Part shown: positions 34,972 through 46,300 of the stretch, piece after piece | Numbering within the stretch: position 1 is the first letter of the stretch | Layout of the letters: each line of letters begins with the position of its first letter | Source: Bryobacterales bacterium | GTDB taxonomy: Bacteria > Acidobacteriota > Terriglobia > Bryobacterales > UBA6623 | Direction: 5' to 3' | Assembly: GCA_963422375.2 (NCBI GenBank) | Contig: OY729427.2 | Coordinates: forward strand, 544,001-608,000 | Length of the DNA: 64,000 nucleotides | The notes under the pieces: generated by a model | Database searches by the model: none | The model's input: the letters and a program-made list of their open reading frames with translations, nothing else | What the model was told of the DNA's origin: nothing | Translations under genes and position numbers: made by a program

Positions 34972-37900
34972 GTGAGGGTGGCCGGTACGGCCCTGGCGGT
35001 GGCATGTGCGCTGGCCGCATGGGGCCAGAATCCGGAACATCGCTTCTATCCGAGCTACCAGCTGGAGCGACCGGTTGATCGCGTCCTAGCCAAGGCTCAC
35101 CCTAGTGCCGGCGATTGGGTCGGCGAGCGGGACTTCGCCGCGGTCGACGCTCAGCTGAAGAGGATTGCCCGGTCGCTGCTGGCGGATCGGAATTCCTTCA
35201 AGCCCCTCGCAACCGAGACGGAGCGCTTCAGCGAACTAGCCTTGGTCGAGTTCAAGATCCTCTCCACCTCGAGGAACGAAAACCAGCCGCCACTGGTGCG
35301 TTCCGCCGTCCGCATCGAACTGGGAGGCACGGCTGACGATGGCGGGCTGCTGTCGCGCCTCGCCACGGCGCAACTGACCTGGGCGGCGGACGAGGACGGC
35401 CTGGCTCTCCGCGACTTCGCCGTCGGCGACATCCGTGGCGGGCGTTCGAGCGCCTTCGGATTCGCGGAGGTGACGGACCAGGTATTCGGCGGGATCGAGT
35501 CCTTCCGGGAGCAGCTGGTCGCGGGCGTCGATCACTGGCGGGATTCCATCGACGCGGCAGCCGGAGTCACCGTGTACGGCCACCAAGGCCTGTCCCTCGG
35601 GGACTTCGACGGCGACGGACTGGACGACCTCTACGTCAGCCAGCCCGCCGGGCTGCCGAACCGCCTCTACCGCAACAACGGCGACGGGACCTTCTCCGAC
35701 GCCACTCGCCGGGCGGGCCTTGACATTCTCGACGACACTTCCATGTCGCTCTTCGGCGACGTGGACAGCGACGGAGACCAAGACCTGATCCTCGTGGGGC
35801 CGACTCCGCTGCTCTTTCGCAACGCGGGCGATGGGTCGTTCTCGCTGGACGGCAGCGCTGGCTTCGATTTGCCGGAAGAGAAGGCCGCCATGTTCACCGG
35901 AGCGGCGCTGGCGGACTACGACCTAGACGGGGACTTGGATCTTTACGTCTGCGCTTACGATTTCTGGCAGCCCGGGGCCCAGTACGACGCTCCTACGCCC
36001 TACTACGACGCTGTTAACGGTCCGCCGAACCTGCTGTTCCAGAACGACGGACAGGGCAGGTTCGAAGAGGTTGCCGCCCTGGCGGGCCTGCAGCCGACCA
36101 ACAATCGCTTCAGCTTCGCCGCCGCCTGGGCAGACTACGACAGCGACGGCGATCCCGACCTGTACGTGGCGAACGACTTCGGGCGCAACAATCTCTACCG
36201 CAACAACGGAGACGGCACCTTCGTGGAAGCAGCCGGCGAGCTCGGCGTAGAGGATCTTGGCGCGGGCATGTCCGCAGCGTGGGGCGACTATGATAACGAT
36301 GGTGACCTAGACCTGTACACCGCCAACATGTGGTCGTCGGCCGGCCTTCGGATCACGACGAGCCCGCAGTTCGACGCGGTCGCGCCTAGTGCGGCGGTGC
36401 GCGGTGACTTCAAGCGCCACGCGCAGGGCAATTCCCTGTTCCGCAACGACGGAGCACTTGGCTTTCGCGACGTGAGCGACGAGGCCGGGGTGCGCACGGG
36501 GCGCTGGGCCTGGGCGTCCGATTTCGTAGATTTGGACGGGGACGGCCTGCTGGATCTCTTCGTCCAGAACGGCTACATCACCGGCGAGAGCCTAGACGAC
36601 CTTTGAAGCTTCTTCTGGCGGCAGGTCGTGTCGCAATCCCCTCTTGGAGCCGAGGGCTCCAAGAGCTACGCCGAGGGATGGCGAGCGATCAATATCCTGA
36701 TTCGCTCCGACGGGTCTTGGAGCGGCAGGGAGCGCAACCTGTGCTTCCGCAACCGTGGAGACGGCACGTTCGATGACGCGTCCTTCACCAGCGGCCTCGA
36801 TCTGGATGCCGACGGCCGGGCGTTCGTCCCCTTGGACATCGACTCGGACGGGGATCTCGACCTGATCCTCAAGAACCGCAACGGACGCCAGCTGAGGGCG
36901 TTCCGCAACGACATGCGCCCCGGTCACACAAGGCAATTCTCCGTGCGGCTCGAGGGTCGGCGCAGCAACCGCGATGGCGTTGGCGGGAGGGTTTGGATCA
37001 CCACCGATCGACGCACCATGATGCGCGAGATCGCCTCGGGAAGCGGCTACCTGTCGCAGAGATCCCGCCGGGCCCGATTCGCGCTGTCTGAGGCGGAAGC
37101 GGTGCGAGGCGTGCAAGTCCGCTGGCCTCTAGGAGACGTGCAGGAGATCGCGTCTCCGCCGCAAGACGGGCATTTCGCTCTGGTCGAGGGCGATACGGCA
37201 TTCCGGGCGGAGGCTTCTCCGCAGTCGGCAATCGCAGTGCCGGAGCCGGCCCCAAGCTCGGGGCGGCAGGCGAGCCCCGGGGCGTGGCTCCTCGATCCGC
37301 CGCCCGCTCCCGACTTCGAGCTGAGAACCCTTGGCACGGGCGCCTCGGCGCGCCTGTCGGACCACCGGGGAGGCCCGGTATTGCTCAACTTCTGGGCTTC
37401 GTGGTGCCCGCCGTGCCGGACGGAGCTGGCCAGCTTCCAAGACCGAATGGAGGACTTTCGACGGATGGGGGTCGAAGTCGTCGCCGTCTCCCTAGACCAG
37501 CCCGAAACCGCCGAGGCCGCGAAGGATCTGGTGTCGATGCTGGGACTGGACTACAGCGTGCTGCTGGCTGACCCGCAGACGGCCGCAGCTTACAGCGTGC
37601 TGAACGAGCGCCTCTTCGACCGCCGCAGGGCGCTTGCAGTCCCAACGACATTCCTCTTGAACTCCGACGGCCGGATCGTGAAGGCGTATCGCGGCGAAGT
37701 CGATGCCGACGCGGTCATCGCCGACATCCGGGCTGGCAGCGGCGCCGCGCTTCCATTCGCCGGACGCTGGGCCGCGTCCGCGCCGGGCCGGGACTACGAG
37801 GAACTCGCCGCCGCGTTTGCGGAGCGAGGCCTAGGCGTTGCGGCGAGGTCGATGTTCGCCGAGGCGCTCGCGACCGGCGCCCGCTCGCCGGTCCTCCTGA

Positions 37901-38637
37901 ACAATTTCGCCGGCGCCCTGATAACGGACGGCGAAAAGCTGGAAGCGGAGCGGCTCCTGCGCGAAGCGCTGGCCAAGGCACCGGGCCTGACGGACGCAAA
38001 GGTCAACCTAGCGACCCTGCTAGTCGAGCGCGGGGACAGGGCAGAGGCCGTGCGGCTTCTCGAAGCGGCGCTGAACGAGCAGCCGAAGGACGGCCAAGCG
38101 CTCTCCGTTCTCGGAGCCGTCCGGTTCTCGGAGGGCAGGCTGGAGTCCGCGGAGACACTCTTCCGTCGGGCCGTGCAGACTCGTCCGGAGGAGGAGCGGT
38201 TTCGCGCCAACCTCGGAGCGGCGCTCGCGTCCCAAGGACGCTTCGCCGAGGCACTGCAAGAGTACGAGGCGGCAAGGCAACTCGGCGCGGAGAGCGCGGC
38301 CCTGCATACCAACCTAGCCGTGCTCTACATGCAGACGGGCCAACCCGGGAAGGCTCGGGAATACTTCCTGAAAGCGGCCGAGACGGATCCGGACGATCCG
38401 AGCGCACACCTGAACCTCGCTCGTTTCCTCCTCCAAGCGGGCGATGCCAAGCACGCCAAGGATTCGATCCGTCACGCGATGAATCGAGATCCACGAAGCT
38501 CGGCAGCGTTCGCCCTCTTGGCCCAAGCTCTCGCCATGCAAGGGCTAGTCGACCAAGCGCGAGAGGCGGCGGAAGAGGCGCTCCGCCATGATCCGAACTC
38601 GGCTGAGGCTGCTAGGATCATCGATTCGCTCGAGTAG
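34972..38637 (+). CDS. Candidate selenoprotein: signal peptide, FG-GAP propeller (in-frame UGA at codon 545), ASPIC/UnbV, TlpA-like thioredoxin (WCPPC), TPR; 1221 aa if read through
   Basis: ORFs 34849-36606 and 36628-38637 share one frame with one TGA (36604-36606): NGYITGESLDDL*SFFWRQVVSQSP. FG-GAP repeats continue after the stop, no SD is evident for the second part, and a SECIS-like hairpin follows. Confidence 0.7.
36618..36634 (+). promoter_or_regulatory. Putative bacterial SECIS hairpin
   Basis: Stem GCGGCA/TGTCGC (6 bp including one G-U) with loop GGTCG, starting 11 nt after the TGA; contains GCAGGTC as in the E. coli fdhF SECIS. Confidence 0.6.
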
Positions 38638-38639
38638 TT

Positions 38640-39700
38640 GCAGAGTCTCCGCAGTTGCAAGCGACGACCTTGAATCGATCAACTCCGATTCTTGGACATC
38701 TCACTATACTCTGAATTTCTCACTCAGCGAATAACACTCGGAATATCGTCCGATAAGGAGATCGATAAGAAATACATAGATCTCATAATCTACTGAAATA
38801 TATCAGTTCGTTTTCCGTCTTCATATCGCCATTGTCTTGTCCAATACACTCGAAAGAATTCGCGAACTGAAAGTTAGTCATTAACTGTCAAGATCTCAGA
38901 AGAATTCGATTGTCATTTTAGCAAGATAATTCTACAGATTGAATCGACAGTCTATCTGAATTTGTACCGAATAAACGAACTTAGACCCAATTGGATAGGA
39001 TTGCGTAGAACATCGACAAGTCTTGGAGGAAGCGTTTGGCTCCGATCTTCACCCGCCTGACACGGCTACATTCCACTTATATTTGCAGGCATTCAGACGG
39101 TCCTAACGTCAAGGTCCCGGTCAAATCAGTGCCGGGAAATTCACTGGGATATTCGACAAGAGCAAGGAATTCAAGCTTACCTACCTGCGGACAGTTATCT
39201 CGAAGGTGTCGCACCCGTTTGGATGCACATCAACCGAAGACTACCGGACTGGTGACCAGTATTCCTAGCAAGTCCTTAATCATCAAGTCCTTAATCATCA
39301 CGAATGCGTCGATCTTCGTCAACCTTTGAACCAAGACGTTCAGAGAAGGAATGTCTGTGCGCCAGAATCGGTGGCCCTTGTAGACACGTCCATAAAGGCA
39401 ATTGCCCCTAGACGAGGCCATGAGCATGGCTGGCTTCGGCATGTCAAGCACAGTCCCGGAGTCATGGGATAGATCGTCCACGCTCCCCTATCAATCCCAA
39501 GCCCTTCAGTCGCGGTCTGAGGGATCCGGGATCGCAACTGCTCAATCTTCCGGGACGGCCGGAGGGGACCGAGGTACCAGCAGGCAGCGGCAGGCCGGAC
39601 CCGCCGGATCCGGAACAGATCCGCGACGGCATCAAGTCCAGCCCTTGTTGATTCCTGCCGGACTCGCTTGCCACTAGCGGACATCTACGGCCCACCAGAA
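38640..39700. other. AT-rich, ORF-poor foreign or decayed DNA
   Basis: Sharp GC drop after 38640; no ORF of 60 aa or more in 38660-39035; 15-bp tandem duplication CAAGTCCTTAATCAT at 39269-39298. Confidence 0.6.
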
Positions 39701-39847
39701 CGATTCCTCCCGCGACGTTGCCCAGTGAGACGACCAGAGATCTTCGCCCCCAGTACAGGTGCCAGCACGTGACCCTTCGATCCAACGACCATCATGCCTC
39801 GAGCGGCCCGCTAACGGCCCGTGCCGCACGCCGTAGCATACGAGCAG

Positions 39848-40873
39848 ATGAAGAGCCGGCCCAAGGCCGGGGGCGAGGCGCAGGTCACGGCCGAGAAGGA
39901 GGCCGCGCCCCGGCGCGTGGACTACGACGGGGCCTGCAAGGTCCTCTTCTCCACGGCGCGGATGGTGGTCGACCTGGTGCGCGGCTACGCCAGGGAACTC
40001 GATCTCGACGAGATCGACTACACGACCTTGGAGCCCGCGAGCCCCTCCTACCTCGGCGCGGAGGCCGTCAAGCGCTACGGGGACCTGCTGTGGAAGGTGC
40101 AAACGAAGGGCGGGCGGCCGGTGTACGTCCTCGTGCTGCTGGAGTTCCAGTCGAGCGTGCAGGACTACATGGCGGTGCGCCTGATGACCTACGTGGGCCT
40201 GCTGTACGAGTCGCTGTGCCAGCGGCAGGGGCTCCCCCCCGCTGCCCATCCTGGTGCCGGTGGTGCTGTACTGCGGCCGGAACAGGTGGACGGCCGCGGA
40301 CAGCGTGCGCCCGCTGGTGCTAGCCGAGCCGGCGGCCCTGGCGGGCTTCGTGCCGGGATTCCGCTACATTCTGATCGACGAGCGACGCTGCGAGCTGCTG
40401 GGCCTGGAGCAGCGCAACCTGGTGGACGCGATGATTCGCTGCGGGCGGGCGGCGTCGGCGCCGGCGGCGTCGGAAGAGGTGCTGCGCCTGCAGGAGTGGC
40501 TGCGGGGGGACGCGAACGCCGCGCTGCGGCGGGCCTTCGTGACCTGGCTCGACATCGTGCTGATTCGGCCGCAGTTCCCCGAAGTGAAGCTGAAGGCCGG
40601 AGACGGCCTAGCGGAGGTGGCGAAAGTGCTGGGAAGCTCTATGACTTGGATCGAGCAGGCGGAGACGAAGGGCCGCGCGAAGGGCCGCGAGGAGGCGCTG
40701 AGGGACACGTTCCAGCGAGTGGTCCGAAGCCGGTTCGGGGAACCCTTCGCCGAGGCCGTGGCTTCCCTGAGCCGGCCGTTCGAGTCGGGCGAGGCCTTTT
40801 CGCCCGAGCCTTGGACCGGGCCTACGGCTGCCGAAGCGAAGGCGAGCTCCTGTCCAAGCTGGCCACCCTCTGA
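39848..40873 (+). pseudogene. Rpn/YhgA-like PD-(D/E)XK nuclease, two frameshifts
   Basis: GDLLWKV, LLEFQSSVQDYMAVRLMTY, PVVLY.G..RW, KGRAKGREE; frame changes at the C7 run (40234-40240) and the T4 run (40797-40800). Confidence 0.85.
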
Positions 40874-40941
40874 CGCTAGGGCAGCAACGGGTCCAGTCGG
40901 CGCGTCGGGGACAACCCTCGCACACCTAGGACGGAGGAGCA

Positions 40942-41130
40942 TCACCGACTCGCTCCAATGTGGATCAATTTGCCGTCCCAAGCGACGCCCGCGCACCCCG
41001 GCCCCGAGATTCGGACTGTCCCGCAGGTCCGTCGGCCCGTCCACAGCCGCGTCGAGCCCCCGGGGTAGGCGAGCTTGACGAGGTTCTGCACCCAGGGGGC
41101 TTCGGCGGCTTCAGCGGCTTCAGCGGCCAC
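40942..41130 (-). pseudogene. N-terminal fragment of a phage minor tail protein
   Basis: LVKLAYPGGSTRLWTG..WDG motif; GGAGGAGG SD; lies directly after the Dit-like gene. Confidence 0.5.
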
Positions 41131-41157
41131 GTCCGGATCCTCCTCCGCCAGCCGCCG

Positions 41158-41745
41158 TCACGCCGCTTCCTCCCATTCGATCGCCCACGGCCCGGCGAAG
41201 TCGGGATCCAGCCTCCACGGCTCGCGCTCGGGCCCGGTCCGGCGCGCCAGGCAGGTGACGCCCTCCCAGGCGATGCCCCGCCCCGCGGAGGGCGTCGCCG
41301 GCGGCTCCAGCTCGCAGCGGCCGCCCCGCAGGTCCGAGACCAGCTGGTACAGGCGCTCGCCGATGCGCACGTAGTCGCCCGCGACGAGGCCCTCGGAGGA
41401 GCCGTCCGCCCACACGCGCAGGCCGCCCGCGTAGATCCCCGCCGCCTGCACCGACAGCTCGGCCCCGGCGACGAGCGAGCCGCCGCTGGGGCGGTGCAAC
41501 GGCGCCTCGAACGTGTTCCCGGCCCCCCGCAGCCGCGCCAGGAAGGCCTCGACCGCGCGCCGGTCCGCGACCGAGGCGCGGTCGGCCGGGCCGATCTCGA
41601 GCCGTCCGGACCAGATGCCGGGACCGCGCCCGAGCACCTGCGTCCCGCCGCCGTAGGGCGAGCGCAGCACGATCTGGCCGGGATGCGCCAGGGCCAGGTC
41701 CGAGCGCGTCACCGGCACGCCCGGCGGGAACGGGATCAGCGCCAC
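41158..41745 (-). CDS. Phage distal-tail-like protein
   Basis: SPYGGGTQV..W, EAFLARLRG..F, LVAGDYV.IG..L, C-terminal WEEA; downstream of a tape-measure remnant. Confidence 0.6.
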   Translation of the reverse strand: MALIPFPPGVPVTRSDLALAHPGQIVLRSPYGGGTQVLGRGPGIWSGRLEIGPADRASVADRRAVEAFLARLRGAGNTFEAPLHRPSGGSLVAGAELSVQAAGIYAGGLRVWADGSSEGLVAGDYVRIGERLYQLVSDLRGGRCELEPPATPSAGRGIAWEGVTCLARRTGPEREPWRLDPDFAGPWAIEWEEAA

Positions 41746-41825
41746 GAATCGCCCCCGTCGCCCCCGTCGCCCCCGTCGCCCCGGCGGTACACTGGCTCGG
41801 GCGCCCCGGAGGCGCCTCGCACCGC

Positions 41826-42488
41826 GTGACCGGCCCTCTCGCCCGCATCCCCGCCCTCCTCTTTCTCGCGTTCCTCGCGGCGGCGCTCGCCGCGGCCCAG
41901 CACGAGCCGGCCGGCCGGCTGGATCCCGACCGCGACGTGCACTGGAATGCCATCGCGATGACCACCGTCGCCAGCGTGTACGGCGGCGATGCCCTGAGAA
42001 CCAAGGCTGTCGTCCATGCCAGATGCGCGCAAGCGAACGGGACCCGCCTCGAAGGATTGGCCAGCCTGTCCGTCGGCCTCTCCGTCGGCCAGGGGCCTAC
42101 CCCCGACGAAACGGCGGACTTCGCGTACGAGAACTCCGCGGCCATGAGCAAGGTGCTGCGCTTGACGGGCCAGCGGCGCCCCGTCGACGTCACGGTGGTG
42201 GAGCTCGCCTTCTGGAAGCGGGCCGGGGACGACGACTCGCGCGAGACGCAGGCTTTCGACGCCCGGCGAGGCGCCTCCCCGCGCCAGGCCTTGGTCCGAG
42301 AAATGGACGCGGCGAGGGTGCTCGCCAGGATCCGCTCCTCGGAGGCCTTCAGCTTCCACATCCAGTGGCGCTCGGACGCCGCGGATCTCGTCTCCCCGGC
42401 CATCCCGGTGACCGCCGAGGCGCGCGAGTACCTCGGTCTCCTGGCGCACGCCTGCATGCTGGACCTCAGGCACGCAGCGTCCCCCTGA
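41826..42488 (+). CDS. Hypothetical secreted protein opposite to the tail genes (moron-like)
   Basis: Clean signal peptide ALLFLAFLAAALAAAQ; 220 aa; GGAGG upstream. Confidence 0.6.
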   Translation: MTGPLARIPALLFLAFLAAALAAAQHEPAGRLDPDRDVHWNAIAMTTVASVYGGDALRTKAVVHARCAQANGTRLEGLASLSVGLSVGQGPTPDETADFAYENSAAMSKVLRLTGQRRPVDVTVVELAFWKRAGDDDSRETQAFDARRGASPRQALVREMDAARVLARIRSSEAFSFHIQWRSDAADLVSPAIPVTAEAREYLGLLAHACMLDLRHAASP

Positions 42489-42990
42489 GCCCCGACGCCC
42501 GCGCCATGTCCGTTCTCACCGCGCCCTTCGCGAGCTCGGCCGCGTCGGACGCCAGCAGCGGCCGCAGGCGCCGGATCGCCGCCTCCACGCCGGGGCCGTC
42601 CGTGGACTCGACGCGGATGTTGAGCGTGACCGCGGGCGCCTCGCTCCCGCCGGCGAGCGGCCGCAGGCGGTGGTTCGGCATGATGGAACCGGCCGCCGCC
42701 GGCCGGAACAGCTCCACGCCGCTCTCGCCGACGCAGTAGATCCGCCCGGCCTCGACGGGGCCGCCGCCGGCCTTGCCGGGCGCCGCCCCGCCGCCGAACA
42801 GCCCCGACAGGGCCCCGGAGAGCGCGCTCGTCGCCTTGTCGATGACCAGCTTCCGGAGAGCCATTTTCAGCAGCGTCCGGCCGATCTCCTCGAAGTGGTC
42901 CTTCAGCTTGCCACCCTGCTCGACGGCCCGGGCCAGCCCGTCGGAGAGCGCCAGCAGATCCCTCTGGATCGCCTGGCGGCGGCGGAAGTG
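42466..42990 (-). pseudogene. C-terminal remnant of a phage tail tape measure protein
   Basis: GLFGGG..GKAGGGPVEAGRIY.VGESGVELFRP..GSIMPN, typical of TMP C-termini; 5' part missing, boundary approximate. Confidence 0.78.
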
Positions 42991-43205
42991 CTCGCATGCC
43001 CGACTCGGAGCTTGCAGAATCCAGCGGGCAAGATGATCAACCGCGACCGGGCGGTGCCCGGCGACGATGCCTGGGAATTGGCTTCGATTCCGCACGCAAG
43101 AGGGGATCGGCACGGCAAGCTTCGCGACCCGTTGGCGAAGCAGCTGAAGTCCATGACGCTCCAGATTCACTTCCCCGTCCGGACCGCGTCATTCGCGACC
43201 CGCAC

Positions 43206-43235
43206 TTGACACCAGCAGCGCTCACAATGTAGCGT
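43206..43235 (+). promoter_or_regulatory. Sigma70-type promoter with a possible LacI-family operator in the spacer
   Basis: TTGACA (43206-43211), 18 nt, TAGCGT (43230-43235); AGCGCTCACAAT at 43217-43228. Confidence 0.55.
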
Positions 43236-43303
43236 TGCTCGGAAGGGGGTCGGGTGCCGTTGCCGTTGGGCCGACCCCGAACGGCATAGGAGGTACTCCA
43301 TTC

Positions 43304-46300
43304 ATGCGCATTCGCCTCTTCCTGGCACTTGTCGCAATCGTGTCGCTGCCGCTGGCGGCCCAACAGTCCGGGCTGACCGGCGCCGTGACGGACACAACCG
43401 GCGCGGTGGTCGTAGGCGCCGACGTCACCTTGGTCAATTCGGATACCGGGGTCTTGCTCTCGGCGCAGACGAACGAGTCCGGGGCCTTCAATTTCACCCT
43501 AGTGCAGCCCGGCACGTACGAGCTGAGCTGCGAATCGGTGGGCTTCAAGACCTACCGTCTGTCGGGTCTCGTGATGGAAACGGGCCTTACCAAGACTGTG
43601 ACTGCGCAGCTCGAGATCGGGGAAATCACCGAGACGATCGAGGTGACCGGCTCGGCCCCGCTGCTCGAGACAGAGAACACCACGGTGGGGCAGTTCATCG
43701 AGCGCACCACGGTCGCGCAAATGCCGGTCGGCAGCAGGCAGGCAGGCCAGCTAATCAAGCTGGCCGGAAATGTCACCTTCGCCACGTCCGGCGGCGGACT
43801 CTACGACCTCCCATTCTTCTCGATGGCCGGCGGCCGCTCGCGCAACCAAATGTGGCACCTCGACGGCGGCGTCGTTCAGAACATGGCCCTCGGAATCGCC
43901 CAGCTCAACCTCAACCCGCCGGTGGAGTCGCTGCGCGAGTTCAAGGTGGAGTCGAACAACTACGCAGCGGAGTTCGGACGGACGGGTAACGGCCTAATCA
44001 TCATGAGCACCCGCTCGGGGACCAACGACATGCACGGGGCCCTCTATCACAACTTCCGCAACGACAAGCTAGACGCCCGCACGTTCTTCGCCCCCAGCAT
44101 CGCGCCGCTCCGCTACAACATCTTCGGCGGGTCGGCGGGCGGCCCGATCAAGCGCGACCGGACCTTCTTCTTCGTCAACTACGAAGGCCAACGCCGCAGC
44201 GACGGGGTCACGATCGCGAATACCGATGTCCCCCACGCGATCGAGGCCCGCGGCGACTTCTCCAATCGCTCCAGCTTCGCGCTCAAGGATCCTCTCACGG
44301 GCGAGGCATTCGAGAACAACGTCATCCCTCCAAGCCGCATCGATCCCCTCGGCAGAGCCTTCGTCGGCCTGTACCCCGAGCCGAACGCCGCCAGCCCGCT
44401 GTCCTCCGCCCCACGCGACAACTTCGTCAAGAACGTCGCCAACCGCGGCGTGTCCGACTTCACCACCGTCAAGGTCGATCACAACTTCGGCCCGAGCGAC
44501 CGGATCTCCAGTCGCTTCAGCTACGTGTCCGCACCCGCCCAGCCCGAGCCGGTCTACCCGAACAAGTTCGCGGACTTCCGCGCCTCGGATCAGACCCGCT
44601 CGAATCTGGTGTCCACGTCGACCTGGAATCACAACTTCACGACCACGATGGTCAACGAGTTCCGCTACACCTTCGGCAACCGCACTTTCACCACCCGCGG
44701 ACTGGGAACCAACAGCGGCAAGAACGGCGAGCTCGGCGTGCCGAATGTCGACCCAGAGTTCTTCGCCACGGTGAATGTCACGGGCTACACGCGCTTGGGC
44801 GCGGGCAACCAAGAGCGCATTCAGAAGCCGATCCGGACCCACCAAGTCGTCAACAACACCTCATGGTTCAAGGGCGACCACAGCGTCAAGTGGGGCATCG
44901 AGTACCGCTACTCGCGCAACCAAGACGATTTCAACCAGTTCGCCGGCGGCAGCTTCAGCTTCAACAACCGCGTGACCGGTGACGGCATTGCGCAGCTTCT
45001 TCTCGGCTGGACTACGCGCGGACAGCTCGTCGACACGGACATCCTCAATACTCGCAGCGACTACTGGGGAGTGTACTTGCAGGACAGCTGGAAGTTGACG
45101 GACAGATTGACTCTCAACTTCGGCCTGCGCTGGGACCTGGACACGCCTCGCTGGGAACTCAGCAACAACCAGAGCGGGTTTGACCCGGGCCAAATCAACC
45201 CGGTATGCGATTGCTCGGGCGTGATGCTCTTTTCGGGCCGCAACGGCCGCGACAAGTACGCGCACGCCTTCGACGGCAATAACTTGGGACCGCGCGTCGG
45301 CCTCGCCTACAAGGCGACGGATTCGACCGTCGTCCGAGCCGGCTTCGGCGTGAACTACAACGGAGCGTACGCCCGCGCCGTCCCGTTCACGCAGTTCTGG
45401 ACGTTTTCCCGCACTCTGGACATCAACTCACCCGACGGCGGGTTCACGCCGGCCTTCATGCTCAGCGACGGCCTTCCCGCCGTCGATCCGTTCACCGAGG
45501 AGGACAGGGTCGGCACGTTCGGGGCTACGATGAGCGGGCGCCGCACCGTCTCGCCGGATTTCATCCAGCAGAACCAGCAGAACGGCTACTCGCAGCAGTG
45601 GAACCTGACACTGCAGAAGCAACTGCCCAATAGCGTGTTGCTCGAGGCGCAGTACCAAGCAAACGTCGGTCACAGCCTCGGAGGCCCGAACTACAACTAC
45701 AACATGATCCCTCTCGTCGTCGGCCGGGGGCCCGAGCGGCAGAGCCAGAACCTGCGTCTCTTCCCGCACTACAACAGCGTCGTCATCGAGAGCCCGGACT
45801 GGGGCAATTCGACCTACCATTCGCTCAACCTGAAAGCCGAGAAGCGCTTCTCCAGTGGTCTCAGCTACCTCTTCAACTACACGTGGTCCAAGTTCATCGA
45901 CGACGTAGAGTCGGCCAACGAGCTCGGCGGCGAGCAGAACAACGGCTACACGCACTACCAGCTGCGCCATCTGGACAAGGCCCTGTCGGGCAACGACATC
46001 CGGCACCGGCTCGTAGCGAGCGGGGTCTACGAGCTGCCCGTCGGCCGCAACAAGCCGCTTGCGATCGAAAATGCCGCGCTGGACGCGCTGATCGGAGGCT
46101 GGAGCCTCGGGGTAATCGCCGAGTTCCGCAGCGGCTCGCCCTTCGGAATCATTGAGCAGACCAACCGGAGCAACACGTTCAGCCACGGGCAGCGCCCGAA
46201 CGTGCTCGGCGACCCGGTCCTCGCCGGCGGCCGATCGAAGTCTGATCGATTGGTGCGGTGGTTCGACACGTCGAAATTCGAGGCTCCCGGAGCCGGCGCA

